Positions 1 through 8,751 of a stretch of 64,000 nt of DNA are shown here, one piece after another (the stretch's first letter is position 1; every line of letters starts with the position of its first letter). Under the pieces are notes generated by a model. The model saw nothing but the letters and a program-made list of their open reading frames with translations, did no database searches and was not told the origin of the DNA. This DNA is from Phyllobacterium sp. (GTDB lineage Bacteria > Pseudomonadota > Alphaproteobacteria > Rhizobiales > Rhizobiaceae), in contig NZ_JBBNAN010000439.1 in NCBI RefSeq assembly GCF_037994405.1, positions 43 through 64,042 on the forward strand, read 5' to 3'. The translations under genes were made by a program, and so were the position numbers.

Positions 1-80
1 CATCCAAATCAATCCTATCTGTTGCACCATCAGGGAATCATGCCGCAAACCCAAAAGCCAGAGAGTTTTTCAGCAGCCTG
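1..80 (-). mobile_element. Probable left end of an IS5/IS1182-like insertion sequence; a transposase ATG may be at 3..1, running off the window
   Basis: The minus strand reads CTAG|CAGGCTGCTGAAAAACTC...GGCATGATTC...AGGATTGATTTGG ATG. The CAGGCTGCTGAAAAA end next to CTAG resembles IS5/IS1182-type termini. The transposase body is not in the window. Confidence 0.55.
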
Positions 81-293
81 CTAGAGCAAATGTTGTCTAT
101 TTAGAGCCGGAAACCCAGCCGTTGGTTTGCTGGGCAAACCTACCAGCTTTCAAACCCGCTGGTCGAATTGACCGCATTTCGAGAGAAATGTCGGCTTCGT
201 CCAATGCACCCATGTCGGCCTTGCCAAACCTCTTGACCTTGTCCATGAATTTTCTCCGGCAGAACGACCCTAAATAGACAAAACTTGCTCTAG
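81..293. mobile_element. MITE-like element, 213 bp, with 24-bp imperfect terminal inverted repeats ending in CTAG
   Basis: 81-104 CTAGAGCAAATGTTGTCTATTTAG versus 270-293 CTAAATAGACAAAACTTGCTCTAG (22/24 as an inverted repeat). Internal hairpins at 114-134, 143-162, 161-173 and 175-190. No transposase. Confidence 0.7.
97..246 (-). CDS. Small ORF (49 aa, MDKVKRFGKADMGALDEADISLEMRSIRPAGLKAGRFAQQTNGWVSGSK) inside the MITE
   Basis: ATG at 246-244 with GGAG 7 nt upstream; TAG at 99-97 inside the left TIR. No recognised domain. Confidence 0.3.
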   Translation of the reverse strand: MDKVKRFGKADMGALDEADISLEMRSIRPAGLKAGRFAQQTNGWVSGSK

Positions 294-2836
294 ATACCCT
301 TTTTGCCCGGTGCCATCGGTTTGTCGATCGGGACGGCGGATGCGCGAAACTCCGCCCATGGGTCGGTCTTTAGCGAGGCTATCCGGTTTGGCGTATTCAG
401 GACTGTGAAATATGCAGGGCCAATGCCAGGGGTCAGTTCATCCCATTCAAGCGGCATCGAAACCGCCGCACCTGGGCGTGCGCGAGTCGAGTATGGGGCA
501 ACCGCGGTGGCGCCGCGCTGATTGCGCAGATAATCGATGAGGATCTTGCCCGTGCGTTTCGACTTGGTGATCGTCGAGACGTAACGATCCGGACTGTCCG
601 AGGCCATGGAATCGGCGATAGCCTTGGTGAAAGCCTTCACCTCGGGCCACGTGGCTTTGGGCTTTAGCGGTGCAACCACATGCAGGCCTTTGCCGCCGGA
701 TGTCTTGAGATAGGCCCTTAGACCGGCTTGCTCAATCCGCCGACGGGTTTCCTGCGCCGCGTCGATCACCCTTGCCCAGGGCACGCTATCACCAGGATCA
801 AGATCCATGATGATCATGTCAGGGTGTTCCCAATCCTTAACTGTCGAGCCCCATGGGTGAATTTCGAGAACGGCGGATTGCACCAGCCCGATAAGGCCAT
901 CCAGGTCGTTGATGCTGATCAGCGGTTCGCCATCCTTGTCTTTGGGATCCTTGACCAGGGCAATATTCGGATTGAGCCCCTTCCACGCATGCTTCTGGAA
1001 GAAGGATTGGCCGGTTATTCCCTCAGGGCTCCTGAGAAGGGCGAGAGGGCGGCCGACGACGAAAGGTGAAATATACGGCCAGACCTCAGTATAATAGTTC
1101 GCCAGACCTTCCTTGGTGACGCCCTGCTCGGGCCAATAGATACGATCAGGATGGGTGAGCTTCACGGTGTGCCTCTGGGGTTTTGATGGGGCGGCCGAAC
1201 TTGCCGTTTCTCGCACGACCTCAGCAGCGTCTTTATCTTCACGCAGGCCGCGAAAGGCGGCGTGGCGCAGGTTGCCGTCGGCCGTCCACGCGCGGAACTC
1301 CACCTCGGCAACGAGCTGCGGCTTGGTGTAGCGCACCTGCCGCGCTGCGTCTGCGGTCAGGCGCTCGGCAAAGGGGCTTTCGGGGATGCGAATACGTTCC
1401 AGCCGGCGGTACAGGTCTTCGGCCACGGAAGTGCTGTAACCGGTTCCGACACGGCCGACGTGTTTGAGCTTCTTGCCGTCATAAACGCCCATGACCAATG
1501 AGCCGATGGCCTTGCGCGACGTCGTGGATGGCACGTAACCGGCAATGACAAATTCCTGATGCAACGAGCACTTGGATTTGACCCAGCTTTTGCCCCGGCC
1601 AGATCGGTACGGCGCATCGCGCAATTTGGAAACAATGCCCTCAAGGCCGAGGCGGCAGGCGTGGTTACGGATGACTGCGCCATCGCCCTCGAAATGCTCG
1701 CTGTAGCGGATGAGAGAGGCTGCATTGCCCACAAGGGTTTGCAGCAGCGTCTTGCGTTCGATAAGCGGTAGCCACTGCAAATCATAGCCATCAAGATAGA
1801 GAAAGTCGAAAACGTAGAAGACAAACCGGTCCGTCCGGTCCGCGCTGAGGTCGGCCTGCAGGGCGGAAAAATCGGAAGCGCCCGCTGCGGTTTCCACCAC
1901 AAGTTCGCCGTCGATAAGCGCCGTACCCACTGGCAGATCCTGAAAGGCGGCGACAATCTGCTTGCCAAATCGCTTGGTCCAGTCGAGACCCGTACGGGTC
2001 AGGAGTTTTACACGGCCAGCCTCGATACGAACCTGCAAACGATAACCGTCGAACTTTATCTCGTGGACCCAGCGTTCGCCCGATGGCGGCTTGGTCACGA
2101 GGCTCGCCAAGGTTGGCTCGACGAAATCAGGCAGGCGCGCCTTCTTAGCGCCTTTGATTAAAGAGGGATCAGGCGCTACGATTTCGGCTGGCTCTGCTGG
2201 CTTTCTTGCAGGCTTGGCCCTCGAGGCGTTCCTGTCGATTTTGCCGGTCTTCGACGACCATCCTGGCTCTTCCCCCGCGACGTCGGCAATCTCGCGGCCG
2301 GTTTTTACGGATTTCGGCTTCTCCTCAAGGATATCCGGGTCACGTTCCGAGCGTGCAGCTTGGTCCTCGCCCTTGATCAGCAGCCAGTTCTCGTGCTTCT
2401 CGCGCGGTTTGCCTTGCATGCGCACTAAATGCCACCGTCCGGAGAGCTTCTTGCCGTGCAGCTCGAATTCCAGGTGGCCTTTCGCATAGCCTCGATCGGG
2501 ATCTGCAACGGGCTCCCAAGTGCCGCGATCCCAGATAATGACGGTGCCGCCGCCATATTCGCCCTTGGGGATGGTACCTTCGAAGTCGCCATATTCGAGC
2601 GGGTGATCCTCGACATGGACGGCCAGTCGTTTCTCTCCGGGTACGAGGCTGGGCCCGCGCGTGACCGCCCAGCTCTTCAGAACACCATCCATTTCCAGCC
2701 GGAAATCATAGTGCAGCCGCCGCGCATCATGCTTTTGAATGACAAAGCTGTTTCCCGACTTGCGCGCCTTGCGGCCTCTAGGTTCGGATGTCGTCTTGAA
2801 ATCGCGCTTCTTGCGGTAGGTTTCAAGCGCGACCAC
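290..2836 (-). CDS. ligD: DNA ligase D (phosphoesterase-ligase-polymerase), NHEJ
   Basis: N-terminal PE motif QKHDARRLHYDFRLE, ligase motif I EIKFDGYR, C-terminal primase-polymerase (KTSGGKGLH, DYLRN). Confidence 0.97.
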   Translation of the reverse strand: MVALETYRKKRDFKTTSEPRGRKARKSGNSFVIQKHDARRLHYDFRLEMDGVLKSWAVTRGPSLVPGEKRLAVHVEDHPLEYGDFEGTIPKGEYGGGTVIIWDRGTWEPVADPDRGYAKGHLEFELHGKKLSGRWHLVRMQGKPREKHENWLLIKGEDQAARSERDPDILEEKPKSVKTGREIADVAGEEPGWSSKTGKIDRNASRAKPARKPAEPAEIVAPDPSLIKGAKKARLPDFVEPTLASLVTKPPSGERWVHEIKFDGYRLQVRIEAGRVKLLTRTGLDWTKRFGKQIVAAFQDLPVGTALIDGELVVETAAGASDFSALQADLSADRTDRFVFYVFDFLYLDGYDLQWLPLIERKTLLQTLVGNAASLIRYSEHFEGDGAVIRNHACRLGLEGIVSKLRDAPYRSGRGKSWVKSKCSLHQEFVIAGYVPSTTSRKAIGSLVMGVYDGKKLKHVGRVGTGYSTSVAEDLYRRLERIRIPESPFAERLTADAARQVRYTKPQLVAEVEFRAWTADGNLRHAAFRGLREDKDAAEVVRETASSAAPSKPQRHTVKLTHPDRIYWPEQGVTKEGLANYYTEVWPYISPFVVGRPLALLRSPEGITGQSFFQKHAWKGLNPNIALVKDPKDKDGEPLISINDLDGLIGLVQSAVLEIHPWGSTVKDWEHPDMIIMDLDPGDSVPWARVIDAAQETRRRIEQAGLRAYLKTSGGKGLHVVAPLKPKATWPEVKAFTKAIADSMASDSPDRYVSTITKSKRTGKILIDYLRNQRGATAVAPYSTRARPGAAVSMPLEWDELTPGIGPAYFTVLNTPNRIASLKTDPWAEFRASAVPIDKPMAPGKKGI

Positions 2837-2839
2837 GGA

Positions 2840-3676
2840 TCAGCTCGCTTTCCGCCGGGCAGGCTCCGCCTTTGCTTTCTTTGCTGCCGCCGGTTTCTTT
2901 TTCATGCCAGCGCTTTCGCGCAGTGCCTGCATAAGGTCGACGACCTTTTCGGTTTTTGCGGGCTTTCTCGCCGGGATCGGCTTGCCCTCAAGTTTTGCTT
3001 TCACCAGCTCGGCCAACGCAGCCTCGTAGCGATCTTTATACTCCGAGGGATCGAAGCTGCCGTACTTGGTCTCAATAATATGTTTGGCAAGGTCGAGCAT
3101 CTCGCCCTTGATCTTCATGTCGGGAATGCTGCTGAAAGCGTCCTTGGCGGAACGCACTGCGTAATCGAAATTCAGCGTTGTGGCGATCATTCCAGCATCT
3201 TCAGCGCAAATGAGAACGGTGCGAACGCGCCGGAAGAGCACCGTCTGAGCCAGCGCCGCGACTTTCTTGGCTCTGAGGCCCTCGCGGATAAGGGCGAAGG
3301 CCTCCTGGCCATGCTTGTCGCTTGGTGTGAGATAGTAGGGTTTGTCGAAATAGATATCGTCCACCTCGTCATACGGGACAAAGGCTTCAACCGCGAGCGT
3401 CTTGTCGCTTTCGGGAACCGCCGCTGCGACTTCCTCCGGCTCCAGCACGATATAGTCGTTATTGCCTATCTCGTAGCCTTTGACCTGATCTTCCCGTTCG
3501 ACCAACTTGCCGGTGTCGCTGTCGACGAATTGACGCTGAACGCGATGACCGGTCTCGCGATTGAGCGTGTGGAAGGCTATGCGTTCTGACGTCGACGCGG
3601 CCGTATAAAGGGCCACCGGGCAGGTGAGCTCGGCAACTTTCAGATAGCCTTTCCAATTCGCACGTGGCGCCAACAC
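2840..3676 (-). CDS. ku: Ku protein, NHEJ end-binding
   Basis: RANWKGYLK...CPVALY, YFDKPYYL, basic C-terminal tail; directly upstream of ligD. Confidence 0.96.
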   Translation of the reverse strand: MLAPRANWKGYLKVAELTCPVALYTAASTSERIAFHTLNRETGHRVQRQFVDSDTGKLVEREDQVKGYEIGNNDYIVLEPEEVAAAVPESDKTLAVEAFVPYDEVDDIYFDKPYYLTPSDKHGQEAFALIREGLRAKKVAALAQTVLFRRVRTVLICAEDAGMIATTLNFDYAVRSAKDAFSSIPDMKIKGEMLDLAKHIIETKYGSFDPSEYKDRYEAALAELVKAKLEGKPIPARKPAKTEKVVDLMQALRESAGMKKKPAAAKKAKAEPARRKAS

Positions 3677-3700
3677 TCAACTCCCTTTGGCTACCGTGGC

Positions 3701-3725
3701 AATGCCGGAGCATGCAATTGGTTCC
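3701..3725 (-). promoter_or_regulatory. Putative sigma-EcfG (RpoE2/SigT, general stress response) promoter of ku-ligD
   Basis: The minus strand reads GGAAC-N16-CATT about 25 nt upstream of the ku start, matching the GGAAC-N16/17-C(G/A)TT consensus. Confidence 0.7.
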
Positions 3726-3754
3726 GATTGCAGCGGTTATTCTATCGAAATCAT

Positions 3755-5041
3755 CTAAATTTGGATAGTGCGGGCCTTCACGTGCGTCGCGCGCCCCGCT
3801 CCCCAACCAAATATTGCAACACCGAGACCCAAGAGAACGAACAAGATTGCCGTTGCGCTGTAGCCGCCTGTCGCACTGTGGATCAAGCCCACAAGCAGAG
3901 GACCGATGGCCGCCAACATGTATCCGACACACTGGGCCATGCCAGAAAGATGAGAGGCAATATGGGCATCGCCTGACCGTAACACGATGATGGTCATGGC
4001 GACTGCGATAAGACCGCCTTGGCCGATGCCCTGAATGACGGCCCAGAGCCAGACAGTCGACAAGGGCGCGAACAGGAATCCGAGCAACCCCGTGACTGCA
4101 AGTGTGACAAGTGCCACATTGACCAATCGCTGGTCCTTGCAGCGTACGGCAATCGACGGCACAAGGAGGCAGGCGAAGACTTGTGCCATGACAGACACTG
4201 AAACAACGACGCCCGCTGTAACACCATCCAGGCCCCGGTCGCGCAGGATGGGCGACAGCCATCCAAAGACGCAGTAAGCCAAGGCCGATTGCAGGCCCAT
4301 GAACAGCGTCACCTGCCAAGCGAGGCGATCGCGCCAGAGCCCCTCGACCCGGAAGCCGGCATGTTTCATCCGGACCTTTCTGAAAAAGGCGTGCGGAAAC
4401 CAAATCAGTGCAACAAGAATTGCCGGGAGGGCCCATGCGCCGAGCGCCAGTGACCAGGATCCTCCCAGCATGCGTTGCAGGGGAAGCGTAAAACCAGCGG
4501 CACTGGCTGCTCCGGCGCAAAGCGCCATCGTATAAAGGCCTGTCATCAATCCTGTTCTGCTGGCGAAGTCACGCTTGACAAGGCCCGGCAGCAAAACGTT
4601 TCCAGTCGCGATGCAGGCGCCTGCGAGCGCGGTGCCAAGAAAAAGCAAGGGCAGGGACCCAAATCCTCGCAATGCAGTCCCAAGCGCCAAGAGCAGCAGA
4701 ACGCCCAAAAGCGTGCGTTCAGCACCGATGCGTTGCGCCAGCCTTGGCGCGAGCGGGGCGAATACGCCGAGGCAGACAACGGGCAGGGTGGACAGAACGC
4801 CGGCACCGAGGGAAGATAGCCGCGTCTGCTCGATGATCTCCGGCAACAGGGCAGCAGCGCTGGAAAAGACTGGGCGAAGATTAAAAGCGATGAGGACGAG
4901 ACTTAGACCGGTGATGATTTGTGCGGCACTGTTCGCAAAAACCGGAGCGCGCGGCTGAGGAACACTGTCGGCTTCGGCATTGATTAGCTGTTCGCTGACA
5001 ATGTCCTTGGTACGCGGTTCGAGGGCGATATGTTGATTCAT
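3755..5041 (-). CDS. CynX/NimT family MFS transporter
   Basis: About 12 hydrophobic segments, NLRP motif, GNVLLPGLVKRDF; ATGA overlap with the upstream regulator. Confidence 0.88.
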   Translation of the reverse strand: MNQHIALEPRTKDIVSEQLINAEADSVPQPRAPVFANSAAQIITGLSLVLIAFNLRPVFSSAAALLPEIIEQTRLSSLGAGVLSTLPVVCLGVFAPLAPRLAQRIGAERTLLGVLLLLALGTALRGFGSLPLLFLGTALAGACIATGNVLLPGLVKRDFASRTGLMTGLYTMALCAGAASAAGFTLPLQRMLGGSWSLALGAWALPAILVALIWFPHAFFRKVRMKHAGFRVEGLWRDRLAWQVTLFMGLQSALAYCVFGWLSPILRDRGLDGVTAGVVVSVSVMAQVFACLLVPSIAVRCKDQRLVNVALVTLAVTGLLGFLFAPLSTVWLWAVIQGIGQGGLIAVAMTIIVLRSGDAHIASHLSGMAQCVGYMLAAIGPLLVGLIHSATGGYSATAILFVLLGLGVAIFGWGAGRATHVKARTIQI

Positions 5042-5715
5042 GATGCGAGAAGCCGATCGAGTTCTGAGAGAATGGGCGCCATGAAGGCGCGGGTGGTCGA
5101 TGCTGCCCTGTCCGGGTCGCCGGACGCGATGGCATCAACAATAGCGACGTGAGCGGCCATGTCCGGTTCGGGAAGCTCGCCCGTTACCGTTGCTTTGATG
5201 ACTTCCTGTATGGAAGCTGAGAAAAACTCGTAGACTTCTACGAACGCATGATTTCCGGAAGCGGCAACGACGGCCCTGTGGAAAGCAAGATCGCGTTCGA
5301 CATAGCGGTCGTGAACGGCCGCGTCATATTCGCCGCGCTCAACCAGCAACTGGCGAAGGTCAGCTATAATCCCGGGCGTATGGCGCATGGCCGCCAGCCG
5401 GGCGGCCTCGACTTCAAGGGCGCACCGGGTTTCGACCTGGTCGCGAAGTCCGGTCCGCCGGATTCGCAAGAGGCTGTCCTGCGCATCGATCACGGATCGC
5501 ACGTAGGTTCCGGAGCCTTGACGTGTCTCAAGAAAGCCTTGGGCAACCAGAACGCGAACGGCTTCCCTCACGGTCCCCCTGCTGACACCGAGCATGTCGG
5601 CAAGTGTCGCCTCATTCGGAATGCGGTCGCCAATCCGCCAGCAATTGGCAGTGATTTCGGTCCGGATGTTGTTAATCGCCGTTTCCGCAAGGTTTGTGCG
5701 CGCCGCAGGTTGCAT
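5038..5715 (-). CDS. GntR/FadR family transcriptional regulator
   Basis: wHTH LPNE..LADMLGVSRGTVREAV...RQGSGTYV and FCD domain (DLAFHRAVVAASGN). Confidence 0.93.
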   Translation of the reverse strand: MQPAARTNLAETAINNIRTEITANCWRIGDRIPNEATLADMLGVSRGTVREAVRVLVAQGFLETRQGSGTYVRSVIDAQDSLLRIRRTGLRDQVETRCALEVEAARLAAMRHTPGIIADLRQLLVERGEYDAAVHDRYVERDLAFHRAVVAASGNHAFVEVYEFFSASIQEVIKATVTGELPEPDMAAHVAIVDAIASGDPDRAASTTRAFMAPILSELDRLLAS

Positions 5716-5718
5716 TTG

Positions 5719-5759
5719 CTCATATTCCTCAAGTCATCCGATGACATGAGGAATATGAG
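5719..5759. promoter_or_regulatory. 41-bp near-perfect palindrome; probable GntR/FadR operator overlapping the promoter and RBS
   Basis: CTCATATTCCTCA-A-GTCATC-C-GATGAC-A-TGAGGAATATGAG immediately upstream of the regulator; TTGACA lies further upstream on the minus strand. Confidence 0.6.
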
Positions 5760-6044
5760 TTTGTCCAAGCCCTGTCAACACGTCTTTATGGCACGAACGG
5801 TCCCCAATCCCGATTCAAGCCTGCCTCAGCCGCGGCCTGCATACTGCCGCGAGAGGTGGCAAGCGCGTCCCTAATCCTGATGCGGGCGGATCGTCGCAAA
5901 TGAATGACAAGAAGTTACTGGATTCATCGAAGATACGGCGCGGTGCTTTTCTACATCCAATTCAGTAGACGGGTAACTTTATGGTTTTAGAGCGATTTCT
6001 GATTCAACCGATGGATTCGCTCGCCCACAACCGCCACAACAGAA

Positions 6045-6084
6045 CTGTTACATTCCTGTCATATGACTGTAATAAAGCTTCTAT
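6045..6084 (+). promoter_or_regulatory. Tandem Pho boxes (PhoB sites) upstream of pstS
   Basis: 11-bp periodic heptamers CTGTTAC (6045), CTGTCAT (6056), CTGTAAT (6067), CTTCTAT (6078). Confidence 0.88.
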
Positions 6085-6139
6085 AGACCGCAGACGACGT
6101 CGGAGGCGTCACGCAATTAATCCAACAGGAGCTGCTCCT

Positions 6140-7183
6140 ATGAACAAGCTATTTTCCACTGCCGCATTGCTTGCAATCGCGGTGGCCGCATCGACAGTTG
6201 GCGCATCCGCCCGCGACCAGATCCAGGTTTCAGGCTCCTCGACGGTGCTGCCATATGCCAAGATCGTTGCCGAATCCTTCGGCGAAACATTTCCTAGCTT
6301 CAAGACGCCAGTCGTTGAATCCGGTGGTTCCGGCGCTGGCATCAAGGAGTTCTGCAAAGGCGTTGGCGAAGACACGATCGACATTGCCAATTCTTCCCGC
6401 CCAATCAAGGATAGCGAGCTGAAGTCCTGTGCCGATGCCGGCGTCAAGGATGTTGAAGAAATCCGTATCGGCTACGACGGCATCGTTTTCGCGACCGACA
6501 TCAAGGGTCCGGACTGGAAGCTGACACCGAAGGACGTCTATCTGGCGCTCGCGGCACAGGTTATCGTTGACGGCAAGCTCGTTGCCAACCCCAACACCAA
6601 ATGGAACCAGGTGAACCCAGCCCTTCCTGACTGGGATATCGCGGCTTACATTCCGGGTGAAAAGCACGGCACGCGTGAAGTCTTCGAACAGAAGCTGCTG
6701 GATGGCGGGTGCAAGGCATCCGGTGCTGCAGATGCAATCAAGAAGCTCGGTCTCGATGAAAAGGCCGCTGCCGCTGCCTGTATCGCTGTCCGCAAGGACG
6801 GCAAGGCAATCGATATCGATGGCGACTATCCGGAAACGCTGGCACGTATCGCGGCCAACAAGACTGGCGTTGGCGTATTTGGCCTCTCCTTCTATGAGAA
6901 CAATGCCGACAAGCTGAAGGTTGCGACGGTTTCGGACATTGTGCCGAGCACGGAAACGATTTCTTCCGGCAAGTATCCGGTCTCCCGTCCGCTGTTCTTC
7001 TATGTCAAGAAGGCCCATCTCGGCGTCATTCCTGGCCTGAAGGAGTATGTGGAATTCTTCCTCAACGACCAGATGATCGGCGACGACAGCCCGCTCGTCG
7101 AGTACGGTCTGGTTGCTGCGCCTGCAGCAGAGCGCCAGGCCCAGCGCGACGCATTCGCCGCTGGCACGACGATGAAGAAGTAA
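6140..7183 (+). CDS. pstS: Phosphate ABC transporter substrate-binding protein
   Basis: Signal peptide, GSSTVLP, GGSGAG, YPVSRPLF; RBS AGGAG at 6127. Start moved from the ORF-track 5981 to ATG 6140. Confidence 0.95.
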   Translation: MNKLFSTAALLAIAVAASTVGASARDQIQVSGSSTVLPYAKIVAESFGETFPSFKTPVVESGGSGAGIKEFCKGVGEDTIDIANSSRPIKDSELKSCADAGVKDVEEIRIGYDGIVFATDIKGPDWKLTPKDVYLALAAQVIVDGKLVANPNTKWNQVNPALPDWDIAAYIPGEKHGTREVFEQKLLDGGCKASGAADAIKKLGLDEKAAAAACIAVRKDGKAIDIDGDYPETLARIAANKTGVGVFGLSFYENNADKLKVATVSDIVPSTETISSGKYPVSRPLFFYVKKAHLGVIPGLKEYVEFFLNDQMIGDDSPLVEYGLVAAPAAERQAQRDAFAAGTTMKK

Positions 7184-7198
7184 ACTTGAACCTGCGTG

Positions 7199-7222
7199 CG
7201 CGGGCGGCTATGGCTGCCCGCG
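7199..7222 (+). other. GC-rich intercistronic stem-loop after pstS (possible mRNA stabiliser)
   Basis: CGCGGGCGGC-TATG-GCTGCCCGCG; no U tract. Confidence 0.5.
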
Positions 7223-7269
7223 GATGCGCTCCAAATTCATGACTTTGTGAGACAGATAAAGGGCTCTCG

Positions 7270-8751
7270 ATGTCGACTTCATTGGTGTTTGTGATCGTCG
7301 TTGCGATTGGTGTTGTCGGATACTTCCTCGGGCGTCAGCGCGCTGTCAGCAAAGACGCGTTCGAAAAGGATGGCAGAAACGTCAAGGCACATTCTTTGCC
7401 CCATTATCATGGGTGGTGGGTCTTTCTGGCTTCAGCCTTGCCGGCCATTCTCTTCCTTGCCGTTTGGGCGGCCGCGAGCAATCTGTATCTGGAGCGAACT
7501 GCCATCGCCGCATTGCCGGTGCGCACCGCCGATACCGTCATTGCCAGCCAGAGTCTCGAGCTTGGCATGGTCAGCGGCATTGCCCGCGGTCTCGGTAAGC
7601 TGAGCAATGAGGAGAGAGCCAATCTTCCGCAGACCTTCGCCGAATTGCGGCCATTGCTGTCGGCCAAAGGCGTCGCCCTTGCGCCGGATGGCCAGGACTA
7701 CATGATCCTCATTGCTGTCGAGTGGAACAAGAACACAGTAAGGGCAAATAATATTGGCGGCACTATCGCGCTGATACTTGCGGTCGCCGGTGCGATCTTC
7801 GGTCTTTCAGGCGTCCATGTTCGGGCGCGCGCACGCAACAATGTCGAGCGCGTTATCCTTGGCGGGCTGATCGCTGCTTCCACCATTGCCATTCTCACGA
7901 CCGTCGGCATTATCCTGTCGATGCTTTTCCAGACACTGACTTTCTTCCAGTCGGTTTCGCCAACAAGCTTCTTCTTCGGCACGGTGTGGGACCCGCGCTT
8001 TGCCGCTGCTGGTTCCGGCGGATCGCAAGGTCAGTTTGGCCTCGTTCCCCTGTTGGCCGGTACAATCTACATTGCCTTCGTTGCCATGCTGTTCGCGGTG
8101 CCGGTCGGTCTTTTCTCTGCGATCTACATGGCCGAGTATGCCAGCCCAAGATTGCGCTCCGTCGTCAAGCCCCTGCTTGAAGTGCTCGCAGGCATTCCGA
8201 CGATTGTTTATGGCTTCTTCGCACTCGTCACGGTCGGCCCATTCCTGCGCGATCTCAGCGCTGCACTTTCCGGTGGCTATGCCTTTATTCAGGCGCAGAG
8301 TGTCCTGACCGCTGGTGTCGTGATGGGCGTCATGCTGATCCCCTTCGTCTCGTCGCTCTCAGACGACATCATTACCGCTGTCCCAAGATCACTGCGCGAT
8401 GGCTCTCTCGGCCTCGGCTCAACCCGCTCGGAAACGATCCGCCGTGTTGTCCTGCCGGCTGCCTTGCCAGGTATCGTCGGCGCACTGCTGTTGACGGCAT
8501 CACGCGCAATTGGCGAGACGATGATCGTGGTGCTGGCGGCCGGCGTTGCGGCTAACCTAAACATTAATCCATTCGACGCAATGACGACGATCACCGTCAA
8601 GATCGTCAATCAGCTGACCGGCGATCTTGAGTTCAACTCGCCGCAGACGCTGGTAGCTTTCGCCCTTGGCCTCACCCTCTTCTTCATCACTTTGGCGATG
8701 AATATTTTCGCGCTTTACATCGTGCGTAAGTATCGGGAGCAGTACGAATGA
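7270..8751 (+). CDS. pstC: Phosphate ABC transporter permease
   Basis: LEVLAGIPTIVYGFF, EAA-like loop, SRAIGETMIV; alphaproteobacterial N-terminal extension. Confidence 0.95.
   Translation: MSTSLVFVIVVAIGVVGYFLGRQRAVSKDAFEKDGRNVKAHSLPHYHGWWVFLASALPAILFLAVWAAASNLYLERTAIAALPVRTADTVIASQSLELGMVSGIARGLGKLSNEERANLPQTFAELRPLLSAKGVALAPDGQDYMILIAVEWNKNTVRANNIGGTIALILAVAGAIFGLSGVHVRARARNNVERVILGGLIAASTIAILTTVGIILSMLFQTLTFFQSVSPTSFFFGTVWDPRFAAAGSGGSQGQFGLVPLLAGTIYIAFVAMLFAVPVGLFSAIYMAEYASPRLRSVVKPLLEVLAGIPTIVYGFFALVTVGPFLRDLSAALSGGYAFIQAQSVLTAGVVMGVMLIPFVSSLSDDIITAVPRSLRDGSLGLGSTRSETIRRVVLPAALPGIVGALLLTASRAIGETMIVVLAAGVAANLNINPFDAMTTITVKIVNQLTGDLEFNSPQTLVAFALGLTLFFITLAMNIFALYIVRKYREQYE

Noticed and set aside
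2429-3589. Long antisense ORFs (also 28443-29831, 33865-34833, 38520-39659, 49138-50433 and others)
   Set aside because: They shadow well-supported genes on the opposite strand, have no motifs, and are expected in GC-rich coding DNA.
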